64,000 nt of DNA. It comes from the human T2T-CHM13v2.0 reference genome, Homo sapiens. Below the pieces are notes generated by a model. It had not been told where the DNA came from. It worked only from the letters and a program-made list of their open reading frames with translations, and ran no database searches. Positions 40,130 through 54,547 of this stretch are shown here, one piece after another. The first letter of the stretch is position 1. Each line of letters opens with the position of its first letter. Made by a program: the position numbers and the translations under genes. The stretch lies in assembly GCF_009914755.1 (NCBI RefSeq), contig NC_060926.1, one strand, 5' to 3'.

Positions 40130-40320
40130 GAGCAGTGATTTTCAAATTTTGAGTACATGAAGTTCTTTACGGTGCTTAGTAAAAATTTGGATTTCTGCCC
40201 CTGCCCCACTCCTAATGAAATTATTATGAAGGTCTGTGGCTGGGCTCAATATGTTGTAGTTTCAGCCAGGACCCAGAGTTATTTTGATGCAGGCATTGCA
40301 AAGCCACACCTTGAGAAACA
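40130..40320. mobile_element. MER5A-like hAT fragment
   Basis: gcagtgattttcaaattttgagt...ccacaccttgagaaaca termini. Confidence 0.65.
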
Positions 40321-40514
40321 TGGAATTGGAGGATGTGTTAACAGAGTTAGCTACTCTTATTTGAAGACAGCAGAGATAATTTATTCTCTTCTCTCATTCT
40401 CTCTGTCTTTCCTTCATCAGAATCCTATTTAACCCACAGGAATTGGGAAGAGGTTTCTCTGTAAATAGCCTAAATCCTATTCATAAGCACGAAGAGAGAA
40501 ATTTAAAAAACCCA

Positions 40515-40668
40515 ATATTTCCCAGCCTGGCTTCACATTAGAATCATCTGGGGAGCTTGAAAAAATTACTGATACCTGGTCTCTCTTCCTAGAGACACTG
40601 ATTGGGTCCCCAGTAGTGTTTTAAGTTCCCCAGGTGATTATAATGCACATCAGGGTTGCTAACCACAG
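40515..40668. mobile_element. MER5A-like hAT fragment
   Basis: cacattagaatcatctggggagctt...ttccccaggtgattataatgcacatcagggttgctaaccac. Confidence 0.75.
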
Positions 40669-41899
40669 GCAACCAGGAAAGACAAACTATTTATTTAGCA
40701 TTCTCTGTGTTACAGTTCCTTTGTTAGATGCTATAGATGTCTATACACAGATACGTTTTCTTTAATAGTCACATCATTTGTAAATGTTGATAGTGAACCC
40801 AATGACTAATCACTCCAAGGGCACAAAAGGAGAGTCAGGATTACAATTTTGAGCCGCTTAATTTAATGCCTGTGTTTATTTTTAATTAGTTGATTTTCAC
40901 TCTTACCCTCAATACAAAGTGTTTGTTATTTTTTATATTTAACCTGTACCCTGTTACAACCCTGGATCACCTCTCCGGTGCCAAAATATGCTTCTGTATG
41001 GTGGCATAGCCTTCCAGCCAAAAGTTCTATTTTAGAGATATTATAATTCTCCAGTGTGCAGTATTTGGCATATAGTATGTACACAATAGTGTCAGGTTTT
41101 GAAATGGCCTTTCCAGTAGTATTGTACAAGCATGTGAATATTTGCCGTATTTTGAACTTTGTTGCCTTCTAAAAGTATGACAAATGGAAAATGAAACCGT
41201 TGACACTAGAAATGGTAAAAGCAAAACTGGCATTACGAGATAGCCCAAATGAAATATATTCTTAGCCTCCAGGGCACATTCCTTTGTCATCTGCTGATTT
41301 ACTCTGTGTTAAGAAAAAGATTCAACCAAAGAATATACATAATGTCATGGAACTCTACCTTTGAAACTCATATGTAAATATGAGGTTTAGTGTGAGAACT
41401 AAAGAGAACTTTAGATATTGCTTTATGCATCAGTACATTTTCCTGCCATCTAAGGGTAAACTTCTGTTCATTAGGCTTCTGGTAAGTACACAGCTTCTTA
41501 GAGAAAAATTAATCAAGCAAAATAGTGTGGTTATTAAATTTCTATTGACATTTTTAAAACTCTGGTAAGATACCTTCGACATTATTGTAACGTTCTACTC
41601 AAATCCCATGTAAAAGCTGGTATTTGTTTATTCCCCGCTGGCAGACTGTAAACTCCATGAGAGCAGGTGCCTTGTCTATTTTTTTACTTCTGTATTCCCA
41701 GTGCTTGGAATAGCATCGATTTATCAAAATAATAAAGGAAAACACAAGAAGAAGCCTCATCCTTAATGTTAAAATTAGTTTCTTTATTCTAAAATTGTAA
41801 TCTCATATGACCTAAGAGAATAATATATTGAGCTAACGTTTTTCATTAGAAATGTTTCCTAATTTTTACATGTAACCCATAAATTATTATGTGCACACC

Positions 41900-42115
41900 T
41901 CTGGGCCTCAGAAAACAATAGCCCAAAGTGAAGGCCTCAGAAGCAAAAGGTTTTCTCTTACCTTCTCCTGCGCTATTTCTCAGTGCCATTCTCCCCGAAG
42001 GCTAGCCATAGAAACTAGAATCCCTCTTCCCCAAGGTGAGTCATAGAAACCAGAATCCCTTTTCCCAAAATCCAGCCATAAAACCTAAAAATATTACACG
42101 AACTTTCCATCCTCC
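41900..42115 (+). mobile_element. ERV1 LTR 5' fragment (MER39B-like)
   Basis: ctcagaaaacaatagcccaaagtgaaggcctcagaagcaaaagg...gctagccatagaaactagaatccctcttccccaagg...aaaacctaaaaatattac. Confidence 0.8.
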
Positions 42116-42429
42116 TTTAAGGAGAACTTGTGCTTGATGCCAAAATGAACTGGAAATTTCTCAGGGAATTAGAGGATCAATGTGAGCTACCACATAATAA
42201 AGGAAAAAACATTCTGATAAGGTACCTAAGATGTATTTACAAAGTCTACTCTCAATATCTTACTGCTTCAAATTTCCTTCTGATGTCCCCATATTTATTA
42301 AGGGCATCAGCAGCTAGGTTTGAGATTTTGATATCATATCTCCTCAAGTTTCTTCTCAAATTTCTTAGAATCTAATTCTCCTCTTTGTTTCCTGATTGGC
42401 ATCTAAATTTACTGCTCTTGGCTAAAGCT

Positions 42430-44190
42430 GTGTCACTGTGATTGGACTACTGCCTTCCCTGGATTGCCTGGCCCCAAAACTTCATCCAAACCATTGTAGA
42501 AGTTAATCTCACTAAAATGGATCTGAACACATTACAGCTTTGCTTATAAACTTTTGATGTTTTCTACTGTCCACAGGAAAATGTCCAAATTCCTTAGTAT
42601 TTCTTACTTCATTCTGCCACATCTGGTCCTCTAACCACACTTAGCTGCTCACTGATCCCTGAACACATCACTCACTTTCTGCCCACTGTCTTTAATCATA
42701 TTGTTCTCACTAATCCTGGTGTGGCATGCTTTACCCTTGTCTGTATGATGGACTCCTAAGCATCACAAGAACAACTCAGCATGCCACCCCTTCTAGGAAA
42801 TCATTCCAGATTCACAGACAGAATTATTCCTTCTATTCTTATGTCCCTTGACTCAGCATATCTGGGTTCACATCTTGACGCCATTACTTATAATCTAGAT
42901 GTCCTTGGGAAAGCACAAGAAACAAGGTTACTGCTACCCCCAAGAACCTGCCTCAAAGAATGGTTGTGAGGATTATGTGGGCTAATTGAGGACATCATTT
43001 AAAATAGTGCCTGGAAGATAAGTATTTAATAAATGATATTAATTTTATTTTCAAAACGAATCTACAGGCTTTTGAATGTTACATTGCCCTAAGACAGTCT
43101 TCTCATGCTAAACTATAAACTAACACGGGAAGTTGACTAAAAGTCAGTGTTCTGTTTGCATTCGGGTTTCTAGTGCCAAAAGCAGTATCTGGAATAACTC
43201 AATTTTCAATATTTATTTAGTCCTCATTGTTTATACAATTTGATGCTACAGCCAGATTTACAAAGAGACAAATGTGATTGTCCCAATCCTCTAGTAGTTT
43301 ATAATGTATTTTTGGAAGTGAATAATATATAGACTGCAAGAAATTATGCTATTTATTTTCAAACCAAATGCCAAACAACCACAGAGTTCTTCAGACCAAG
43401 GCAGGCACAATCCCTGATGATAGAAGGAACTGGGGAATATCCTTGAAACAGAAGAACTTAGAAGGGTAAAATGATGATATATCCTAAACAAGGTATTTTA
43501 AGTGGGCGACACTGGGTGAAAATGGCATGGAGGTAGGAATGACCATGGTTAGATCAATTGGCTTAGGTAGAAGTTTTTGTAGTATCGTAGTACACAACAG
43601 AGGTTACCAACTACAATGCTTATAGGCAGGTGAAGAAAATGAGGGAAACAGGTGAAGTATAAGGCAATAAGAATTTCTGGCAAACTAGAGGGATGATCCC
43701 AGAAGCAAGGAGGCAGCTTCCCCTCAGCTATAATGTAACCGTTGTCCCCTGGGGATAGGTCCCAAGGTAGCTAGGGCACATGCTTTTAAAAATGAGATCT
43801 CTTCTGATTTTTAAACAGGAGTAACTACTTTCAACATTTTATAAAACACTCTGTAAATCCAACAAATTATCCTTACCAAAAACTGCTGGCTGCCAGTTAA
43901 TAGACCTTTGGAAAAGTTTGAGGTGGCCACCTGTAGGTCTAGTTCCCAGTGGGGACATTGATAAAAAATTCACAGGTTAGTAGGGAGCTAGTGAAGGTTT
44001 TTGAACTGTTTTGAAATGCTCAGAAATGTTTTAAGCATATTTTTCCAGGAAATTGTTTGCAAGATGGATTATTGAAAAAAAAGTCAAGATGCAAAATGTC
44101 CAGTGTGGAAATTATTGTCCTAACCCAGGTGTGAGGTATTAAGGCCCAAACAGTTGTGGGACTATAAACGGAGTGATGTAAGGTTGAAAG
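42430..44190. mobile_element. Mosaic of L2 and MIR fragments, possibly with a hAT relic
   Basis: aaatggatctgaacacattac...atgtccaaattccttag (L2); ggttgtgaggattatgtgg...atagtgcctgg (MIR); attattgtcctaacccaggtgtgagg (L2 minus). Confidence 0.5.
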
Positions 44191-46722
44191 TAAACTACTT
44201 GAGCTTCTTTCTAATTTTAGCTGATTCAAATTAGGTTTTTGTCTGCCCAAGTTGTGCTAATTGCTCCCATTTCTCTTATTTCTCCTTTAATCAAGGGATT
44301 TACATAAGTGAGCTCATTAAAAGAAAGTCATGCCTCACCAAATGAACCTTGCCATTCTGTGTAATAATTATAGCACAAAAGGAAAGGTTAATCTGATTAT
44401 ATATAATAGGATAAACAGAACATTTTCAACATCTGTGCTGAGTTGTCCTGAATGTTTCTTCTATGTCCCCTAACAAGTACAATCATATATGATTTTCAGT
44501 AAAAGTCATTTTTGCATTCATGGTTTTAAATATTAGAAAAGTGTATGAATAAGCAGTTATTTCTAACCTAAGGAAAGAATATCATATTTTAAAATACAGG
44601 TGTTATAAGGAACCTCTTGGCTAAAGATTTTGCATACTGTTACAAAGACAACCAAGAAAGACAAACCTGTGCTTACTGTTTGGTGATAAAGCATAATTAC
44701 CTGAATTTTCCTCTCCAGGGTGTTAAATTAAAAGGCAATGGTTAATCTATGGCTCATGTTAGCCTGTTTTTATGTATTAATAACACAACGATTACGGGTA
44801 ATTCTCTTTCTTATGAAATTAAAAGCTTTCACAAGAACATCATTCATCTCAGTGATGATTTGCATTACTTCCAGTACAGAGAGAAAACCATTATGGATGT
44901 GTGCCAAGGCACTTTGGATTGTCGGCTCATTCTTTGAGTTTTAGAGGGATAGTATTTTTAATTTTGAAGTCCTTTCATTCAACTCCCACATACCAATCCC
45001 TGTCTTGAGCTTTCTGAAATGAATCCTGCAGCTAGCAATATCAACTAGAGTCATTTAATCCCTAAATCACACATCCTGAGTTTAGCACCTCCCACAGTGA
45101 TATTGCTGAGGATGCATATAACAGAAACCCTGGTGCAAAAACAGAAACTCTGGCAGGGGGTTACATCGGCCTAACTAGCTTTGTTCATTTGCCAATGAGC
45201 TGGCTATATCAGTTTAGATAGTAACTCGATTTTCTAAACCATACTGATATACTGTGATGTAAGAAAAATCTCTCATTACAAAGGATGCCTGAAGTTGCCA
45301 CTCCCATTCTGCCACTTTTTTAACATTTTCTTCTCAATATTTTGCTGATTTCTTGCCACCTCCCAGGTCTCCAGTGATTCTGATGAGAGATTTTATGTAT
45401 AGTTTAATGGCAGAAACTCAGGCTCAATTAAAGATAAGCCAAGTAAGTAGTCCATTTTAATGAGAAAAATGAAAAATGAGGAACTCAAAGGATTGTTAAG
45501 TAATATAATGTTCTTGGTGAATGACTTCTTTGCATTAATGCTTAGATCAGGAATATTTTTGAAAGTACATTCAGTGTCACGATGCACGGGGATTTTATTC
45601 CATTGCACTTCTTTTCCGTTTCATTTACTAACCTTTTTCTTATTCAAAATGGTATCAGTTAAAATGCTTTATTAAGCAGAACTTCTCTACTTCTCATGTA
45701 AGGGTGGTTTAAAAGATCAACTTGAAACACAACATGATATTTTGAAGTGCCTTCTCAATCATCAAAGAAGTACGTACACTTTTATTATCTAATTCATTTT
45801 ATTCAACGTAACATATAAAACCCTCCATGTTCTTGAATTTGAAATTTAAGATTTCAACTTTCCTTAAGACCCTTAGAGAACCACATAAGTTCAATTGCTT
45901 CTTGCTCCCCACTGCTCCCCCAGTGCAGCCCCACGTCTTCTTCCCCTAGGTGTTGTGTAACATGCATAATGCATATTGAGTTTGTACTTTATCTCCCTTG
46001 TTAAAAATAAGCTTAGCAGTCATCTCAGACTAGATGCCTGAAAGCATCTGATTCATATTTTCTTCCTCATATCTTTGGTGTCCTGGCAGTAGTCTCTTCT
46101 AACCACATGCTTTCTCTCCAAGGATCCGCCCATATCTTCCCATGTCATCAACCATTATCTGGTATAATTGACTATATCTCTATTTCAGGCTGTTCATATG
46201 AGCTCCAAATCCCTAGTTTTAGTGGCTTATTGGACATTTTCCTTTGGTAATCATCTGATTCAAACTCAAAGGACATAAAATTGAGTCCCTTATATCCTCT
46301 TTTCTCAAAGCTGTATCTTATAGGTTACTGGTTATATAGTAAAAGGTTAATACTTTTTTTGAGACAAAACATCTGCTCCTTGGGGAGTTTACCATGTACC
46401 ACGTACTAATCTAAACTCCTTACAAACACCACCTCACTTAATTCTTATAAAAACTATGAGAAAACACATTATTAACCTCATTTACTGGGAAAACTGAGGC
46501 ATAAACACATATAGTTTAAACCCAGGTAGTTTGACTCTGGAACCACTGTATTTATACACTTTAACTGCCTATCTATGATCAGAAAAAAATGTAGGCTTGA
46601 ATATCAATTTCTGCTATGTCATTTTGAGCAAGTAACCTTATTTTTTTGAACGTCAATTTCTCCTTCTATGGAATGGATCACCACATTTCCTCATAGGATT
46701 TATGTGGGGAAAGCCCTTTATA

Positions 46723-46835
46723 TAGGGTGATCAATCCATCCCAGTTTACCAGAGCCTTTCTCAGCTTCAGCAATAAATGTTCCATGTCCCAGAATCTCCT
46801 GAGTACTGGGAAAATCATGAAGGTAGGTCACTCTA
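46723..46835 (+). mobile_element. MER81 hAT-Blackjack MITE
   Basis: TIRs tagggtgatc / ggtcactcta; 8-bp TSD cctttata (46715-46722) / cctttaaa (46836-46843). Confidence 0.85.
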
Positions 46836-49518
46836 CCTTTAAATGTAGGTAGTGCTTAATGATTGCTTTTTCTAACTCAAACCTGTTTACTAACACATTG
46901 TGCTAATGCTAGTGCTGTAAACATTATTCTACGAATTCCTTTCATTTCCATGGTTACTCTTCCACAAAGAATAAACTAAAAATTGTAACTACCATTTAGT
47001 CAGTGCTTACTGTGTTCTGGATACTATTCACGAACTCAGACTTTATTTTCATTTCACAGATGAGCTGCAAAGGCCTAAGGAATTGAAGTGTCTCTTGCTA
47101 GTATTCCAATGATACTGGTAGGTAGGGGAGCAAGTATTGAAATGCAGGTCTATTTAACTCCAAACAGATGCCAAGGTTTTAAATATCCCTCATATTTATG
47201 ATAGTTCCCCTGAGCTAATCATGACTTTTCTGTTCCTAAATAGTTATTCCATAGCATGCCATTCAATGATTATCATATTCTGCCCCCAACCCACATTTCC
47301 AGATTTATTTTTCTTTTAATTAGTATAATAGATTCGACTTCACCATTCGACAAAAATTTGTTTCTGTTTAAATAGAACACGACTAAGTATAATCAGGAAA
47401 CATTCATGCTTCCATTCCTATAAACCTATATGGAAATTTAGGTAAGCTCGCATGAATAAAGCCCAAAATCTTCAGGATGACTCTGGAGACCCTTCATGCT
47501 ATCATGCTTCCCTCCAATGCAATCTTTTCTAATGTATGCCATCTTTCATTCTCAGTGGAACACTTACTTTACCTCAACGCTGAGGAATAAATTAGGACAC
47601 TTTCAAGTGTTTATGACCTTGCTCATGCTGTGCCTTTTGATTGGATTGTCTTCTCCGCCATGTAAATTGCTTACATTCTTCAAGAAGGCAGACAACGAGG
47701 CACAGAAGAGAGACTGTGTCTCATTCATCTTTATGTTTTCAGAACCTAACACTACATAAGGTGTGTAGGAAATCCTCAGTAAACATTTTTGTGTTCAATC
47801 AAATGCATTGACTGTAGTTACTAAGCAGTGACAGAACTGGACTAAATTCTACAACTCAACTCTCAGTGTGGTGAGTATCCTGTTACACCAACCTGCTTCC
47901 AAGTCCTCTGGCAGACTGAAGAAAATCAATTAAATCATGTTTTCCTCCATTTCTTACTGAAAATAATTAGAGCTGATCCTTGGCATTGCTATACAGAAGG
48001 AAAGTATTCAAAGGCAGAAAGCAATGTGATCTTCAGAACACACAAATGTGATATTTTAATTCTTCGATATTCTCTCTTAATATCTCGTTAGGCCAAAAAA
48101 GTATGGATTATGTAAAATTTTCATAGCCTCACAAAATTAAGAAACATATATTTTTAATCACTTCAAAATTCATTACATCTACAAATTAATACTAATATTT
48201 AGTTCTAATTACTACTTAAAAACTAGTAATATTTGATTCTACTCTACTGATAATTTCTAATTTCTATCTTAGGCAAAAAGCCATGTTATCACCAGAACTT
48301 TTATCAGCCAAGGTATATACTGTACATTATTTCAATTTATTCCTCTATCTCCTTATCAATAGACAATCAAATTACCTAATACAGGCCACAAAAGAAATAC
48401 AGAGGCTGAGCAAACATGAAGAAGTAATAAGTTTTAGGTCTCTGAATGTCTACCGGCATTAGGAAAATCAGTGTAATTTAAGTGCATTCACATTAATGAC
48501 CATAGGTATATGGACTATGACTTTACCTTCTGGAATGTGTGACGGTTTTGTTTCTTGTTCACTATCCCTTATATACGCCATTACCAGATTCACCCAGGCT
48601 AAATCTCACAGCAGCAGTGAGAGAGGCAAATGTCACGATTTGCCAGGGATCTCTCTTTTCTATTCCTCATCCTGAATACCCAATAACTATGAACAAAAGG
48701 TCCTACTGTTCTCAGCATCCTTGATTCAGCCATAAAAATCCATTCCTAGGAAGGATCTGATACCAATTCTCCATACTGTATTGTGAATTTGTAGTATTAT
48801 CACTCCTGGGAACATTTGGCCCTTGAGATTCACCTCAGATGAATATTAGAAATCCTCTATTTAAGGGATTTGGGGCATCAGAGAAATGTTGTGGCAAGTT
48901 TCTAGAGGCACTCCTGCAATTACTGCACACACAGGGCTGTGAAATGCTAGTTGTGTCTGCACCACTGTTGAAAATACATGTTCTTTATGTTCTTTGGTCA
49001 AAACAAATTTATTCAGTGTCTGCCACGTGTCAAGCACTTTGTTATATCCTGCAGAGGCAGAAATAAACTGACTGTGCAGTCTAGTTAGAGTGACAAATGT
49101 AAGAACACGTGATTATCATGCCAACAATGACTGCAATAAAAGAGGCAGGTGTAAAACACCGTGGGAGCAGGAGACAGCCTGCCAGATTCACTCAGCAACA
49201 GGTATCTATTAAGACCCAACAACTTGATAGGCATTGTTCTAGGTGTTACATTTGTGTACTAAGAATTTTTTTAAATTAGAAACTGGAAATCTTCTAACGT
49301 TTGCCACAGATTCTTTTTACATTTATAGCATCTTTGTGTTGCTTCAATCAGCAGTTTTGAAATATCAAAGAAAAGTGCCTTCTAAGTGGCACATTAGTTT
49401 AGGCAACTTTCAAAACTCTGATGTTAAGAAAATGATGGGGAGTAAAGGACAAAAGAAAATATAATTATTTCCCACTTGCTCTGCTGATATTTCCTAGAAC
49501 TATCCCCATTCCAAATTA

Positions 49519-49602
49519 ATGGCACACGTTTACCTATGTAACAAACCTGCACGTCCGCACATGTATCCCAGGACTTAATATAAAATAAATTAAAAAAAAA
49601 AC
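49519..49602 (+). mobile_element. Very short 5'-truncated L1PA 3' tail
   Basis: atggcacacgtttacctatgtaacaaacctgcacgtcc...A tail; flanked by aaattaa on both sides. Confidence 0.9.
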
Positions 49603-50004
49603 AAAATTAAATCTATTTATGTAAAATGTATTCACCCCTAGATAGTGTAATGATATCAAAGGGGTGATAGAACAACACAGATGTCTTCTGGATGCCAGAC
49701 AGCACCTCCTTCTTGCAGGCTACTTTTAACAGGGGTCAAATGAGCAGCAGACAGAGTTGGTTTTTCCCTTTAGGAATAGGAGGTCTTGAGAGCAGGACAG
49801 GAGAAAAGGGACTCACCTATGATGGTGCAAGCACACACATACCGACACATGCTTACAATCTATTTTTAAATAATTAATACAAATAATAAAAGATGCAGTT
49901 TTTGGACCACTTTCCCCAAACTTCCAACAATTCCTCCTGCTGATATTTTAAATATTCTATACTGCTTTTTCTAATGACTCTTCATTATAGTCTTAATGAC
50001 CACC

Positions 50005-50377
50005 TGTGATGAACTGAATTGTGTCTCCCCAAAATTTGTATTTTTATGCATCAGAATGTAACTGTTGTTGGACATAGGGTCTTTAAAGAGGTGACCAAAT
50101 TCAAATGAAGCCTTTAGGGTGGGCTCTAATCTAATCCGACCGTGTTGTTATAAGAAGAAATTTGGATCAGAGATGCATGCACAAAGAAAAGGCTACATGT
50201 GAGGCCACAGCAAGCAGCAGCCATCTGCAAGCCAAGGAGAGAGGCCTCAGAAGAAAACAAACCTGCTAATACCTTGATCTTGGACTTCCAGCCCCTAGAC
50301 TTGTGAGAGAATAAATTTCTGTTGCTTGGTACCCAGTCTGTGGCATATCATTATGGCAGCCTTAGCAAATTAATACA
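50005..50377 (+). mobile_element. MaLR solo LTR (MLT1B-like)
   Basis: tgtgatgaactgaattgtgtctcccc...gccatctgcaagccaaggagagaggcctcagaagaa...ttatggcagccttagcaaattaataca. Confidence 0.9.
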
Positions 50378-50430
50378 TTATCCTATCAACATATAACTTT
50401 TATAGTCTTTTAAAAAATGACCCCTTTTGG

Positions 50431-50871
<441 letters not shown>

Positions 50872-51152
50872 TTAAAGAATTTATTAGACTCCAAGTTTTG
50901 AATTTCTTTGTTTGGTTTTAGAGTTTGCTGTTTATTGAAATGTATTGAGATAGAAAAAGTATTAAGACGTATGAGTAAGTTAGAAATGTGTACATCAGAT
51001 TATCAGAATCTTTTCTGAGAGTAGATTGATAAAATAAGGACACAAAGCCATCACTATACGTGGTGTGTGGGCAAAGGGGCTCCAAGGGAAAAAGAGATGG
51101 CTAAGGGCTAGAAGGTGAATTCTGACAACCAGATGGGTTTTAATAAGATCGG

Positions 51153-51510
51153 TGTCTTAGTTTCTTTGTGTTGCTATGGAATACCAGAGATTGGCTGGCT
51201 TATAAGTAACAGAAAGTTATTTCTCACAGATCTGGAGGCTGGAAGTGCAAGATCAAGATACTGGCAGAGTCAGTGTCTTGTGAGGGCCTGTTTCCTGATT
51301 CATTGACAGCTGTGTTTTCTTGGTGTCCTCACATGGTTGAAGTACAAGGGAGTTCTTTGGGGTCAATTTTATACGGGTATTAATCCCATTATAAGGGCTC
51401 CACTCTCATGACCCAGTCACCTCCCAAAGGCCCCCAAATCTAAATACCATTACACTGGGGGATTAAGCTTCAACATATGAATTTTAGGAGTACACATTTA
51501 GTCTATAGCA
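51153..51510 (-). mobile_element. MaLR solo LTR (MLT1A/MSTD-like)
   Basis: tgtcttagtttc...ttatttctcacagatctggaggctggaag...cacctcccaaaggcccc...caacatatgaatttt...ctatagca. Confidence 0.88.
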
Positions 51511-52454
51511 ACCAGCATTGCCTTTGTATGACTACTATTTCTAAAATTTAAATTGAATACTATTCTTTTTTACTATCACAACCCTCCTTTACCTATTGTG
51601 TATTTTCCTATTCTTTACTCTCAAAATGTCAGGTTTTAAAAAAATTTTCCTTCTACATTGTCTTTTAAATATATTCAGGAGGATGAATACTGATTTTTTT
51701 TGTTGGGAAAAGCTAGCAGGAACTATACTATCAGCAATTATTAACATTATCATTATTTATCTTGACAAAACACCTTCAATAATTAAAGAGTAAAGAGCAG
51801 CTACCCTGTGATTGTCACAGTAAATTACAGAATTTCAGTGGGCTTTTGAGCATGGAAATGTGATACATTTCAGGATTAGGTTCTTCCACTCAAGTGCATC
51901 ACCTGTTGCTCTATCTATAGGGGTTGAAATAATAGCCAGGACAAGAGCCATTCTGGATACTGCAAAAAGATCTGTTTCATAGAGGAAGTACTAATGATTT
52001 CCGAAATAAAGCTTCACTTGAAACTACTGAAATTCAGAGATTCAGATATAAAAGGAAAAGTAAAATACAGTGAAAAGATTCTCCAACTAAGATTTAGAAC
52101 CACAAATACAGGTCATGGAGGATGTGGAATTCACCTGAAAGTGACCTTTGGTTATTGCTACAAACAGGTCATCTCGACATTCATTAACTTGAGAGCTTAG
52201 CCAAGGTAACACTGACCTGATTTAATGATCACTGTCACTTGTTTTGTATCAATAAAGTATCATCGAAGTTAGAATACATCCTTTCCTACATTAGATTGAT
52301 TTTGTATCATTATTTTCTTCTTTTATTTGTTCCAGGAGTAACCTGGGAAAATATATTTCTAGCCTTATGTATGCCTTGTTAATTCCATTGCTTCTGCCAG
52401 TGTTCTAGAAATTATTCTCCCCCTTTCATCCCTGGTCTTTAGGACAATTACAGT

Positions 52455-53010
52455 GTCTGTCAGTTCCCCTAATTTTACTTTCTCTTATTTAGTCCTGTGA
52501 TTTGGTCAGGACATTAACCCTAATGCAAAACCATACTTGAAACTCCTTATGGGTGGTCCCTGGTACCACCCATGTATGGTGTGCCAACCCAACCAGAGCT
52601 GACTTGGCAGGTAGCATACATCTGACTCTAGCTATCCAACCACATTCTCTCCAGGGAATATTGGAATTCGAACCAGGAGAAGTCAAGTAGTTCAACTAGA
52701 CCAATAATGAAATCTGTAGTTAGATTAGTTTGGCTATCAAATGTGCAGAAGCAGAGAAAAGGAACTGAAGAGTACAAAGGATGAAGCTGAATTGCAGAGA
52801 AAGGCATAGAGGAGATACCATGTAGAGACATTAGAAGAGAGCTAGAGAGTGAGCATGAGACAGCAAGAGCCATGGAGAAAGTAGCTGCCTCAGCAAATGA
52901 CAGTTCCCTAGTTGCTGGTTTGAGGCTATCAAAAAATGCATCTGTTCTTTCTTGCATTTCTAGCAATACCCCTGATGCTTTAAAATAAAATTCCCTTTAA
53001 TATAGATGTT
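52455..53010. mobile_element. Old ERVL-type LTR remnant (family uncertain)
   Basis: Purine-rich central tract with aataaaattcccttt near the end, as in old ERVL LTRs. Confidence 0.4.
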
Positions 53011-53303
53011 AAACTTACATAAAATATAAAATTCACAAAAGTCCTTAGTTACATTCACAGGCTCCCTTACTCTCAGGCACTAAAGTCCTACTCACAGTTT
53101 TCTGATTTCCCTTTGGATCTTCCTACCCTGATAGGGACATATGGTTCAGTTCAACTTTCCTCCAGTTACAACACACTCCATCCACAGACACATACAGCTT
53201 CATGTGACTTTCAGCTAACTAGATCCGTCTCAAGGGCATTTGCTTTTTAACTGGAGTTTTTCTGTCTCTCCCTCTTCTTTTTCTCTCTCTGTCATAAATA
53301 TGA

Positions 53304-53336
53304 ACACACACAGACACACACACACACACACACACA
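53304..53336. repeat. (CA)n microsatellite
   Basis: Interrupted CA tract. Confidence 0.9.
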
Positions 53337-53690
53337 ACTTCATACACTTTGAGAACTGTGGGGAAAATGAGCCCTAATTAGCTCCCTTGAGTTCATGCAA
53401 TATGATATACGAAGTTGCTTACCCCACCCACACAAAAAGGGAGGACAGCCAAATTCACTTGAAAATCAAATGTATATAAATAGTGTTTATTTTCAATGTG
53501 TTCTAATTAATATGACAATTAACTTTCCCAATTTGGGAACATTAATGTTTAATGTAATGCCAATTGGAACTCAGAAAATTTGTAACAGAAAAATTTATGA
53601 TCATTGGGACTCATCTAGGTGGGTTACTACCTTAAAATAGTGCCTTTTTAGTTTAATAAAATGTTACTTTAAAAATGCCACAGAACCAGT

Positions 53691-53757
53691 ATCACGTCAA
53701 CTGTACTCCAGCCTGGGTGACAGAACTGAGACCCTGTCTAAAAAAAAACAAAAAAAG
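53691..53757 (+). mobile_element. 5'-truncated Alu 3' end
   Basis: actgtactccagcctgggtgacaga...ccctgtct then A tail; flanked by aaaaatgccacagaaccagt / aaaaaagccacagacctagt. Confidence 0.85.
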
Positions 53758-54029
53758 CCACAGACCTAGTTATTAATTATATAATGTATGATTATTCCAA
53801 GTATAGGTCATGTTATCTTTAGCCCAAAGGAGTGGCCGTGGGATCCTGAGCAAGCCACCATTGATCTCCCTTTATATCTCAGTGCTCTGACTTATAAAAT
53901 GGGCAAAACAATGATATCTATCTCATTGTGATATAATATAGATTAAATCAGACAATGTAAAGTCACAAAACAGAGTTGTTTTCACATACTGAGTGCTCAG
54001 TAAACATTAACTATTATTATTATCTGTCC

Positions 54030-54338
<309 letters not shown>

Positions 54339-54446
54339 AATTATTATATATCTTCAAGTATACAAGTACATTAGACAGATATTATCCTAACCTCCATTGA
54401 ACATGTACAAATAAGTCCTACTGCAAATGTTATTTTAAAATAATTT

Positions 54447-54547
54447 CATTTTTTTTTTTTTTGAGACAGGGTCTCACTCTGTCAGTGGTCTACCCACCTT
54501 GGCCTCCCAAAGTGCTGGGATTAGGGGTGTGAGCCACCATGCCTGGA
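54447..54547 (-). mobile_element. Internally deleted Alu
   Basis: Poly-T, gagacagggtctcactctgtc joined directly to agtggtctacccaccttggcctcccaaagtgctggg...gagccaccatgcctgg. Confidence 0.85.

Noticed and set aside
44738-44944. Two overlapping short ORFs in the candidate conserved block
   Set aside because: No recognisable homology or matching exon structure; a non-coding role is more likely
52628-52966. 112-aa minus-strand ORF
   Set aside because: Lies in a probable old LTR remnant, non-ATG start, no recognisable domain
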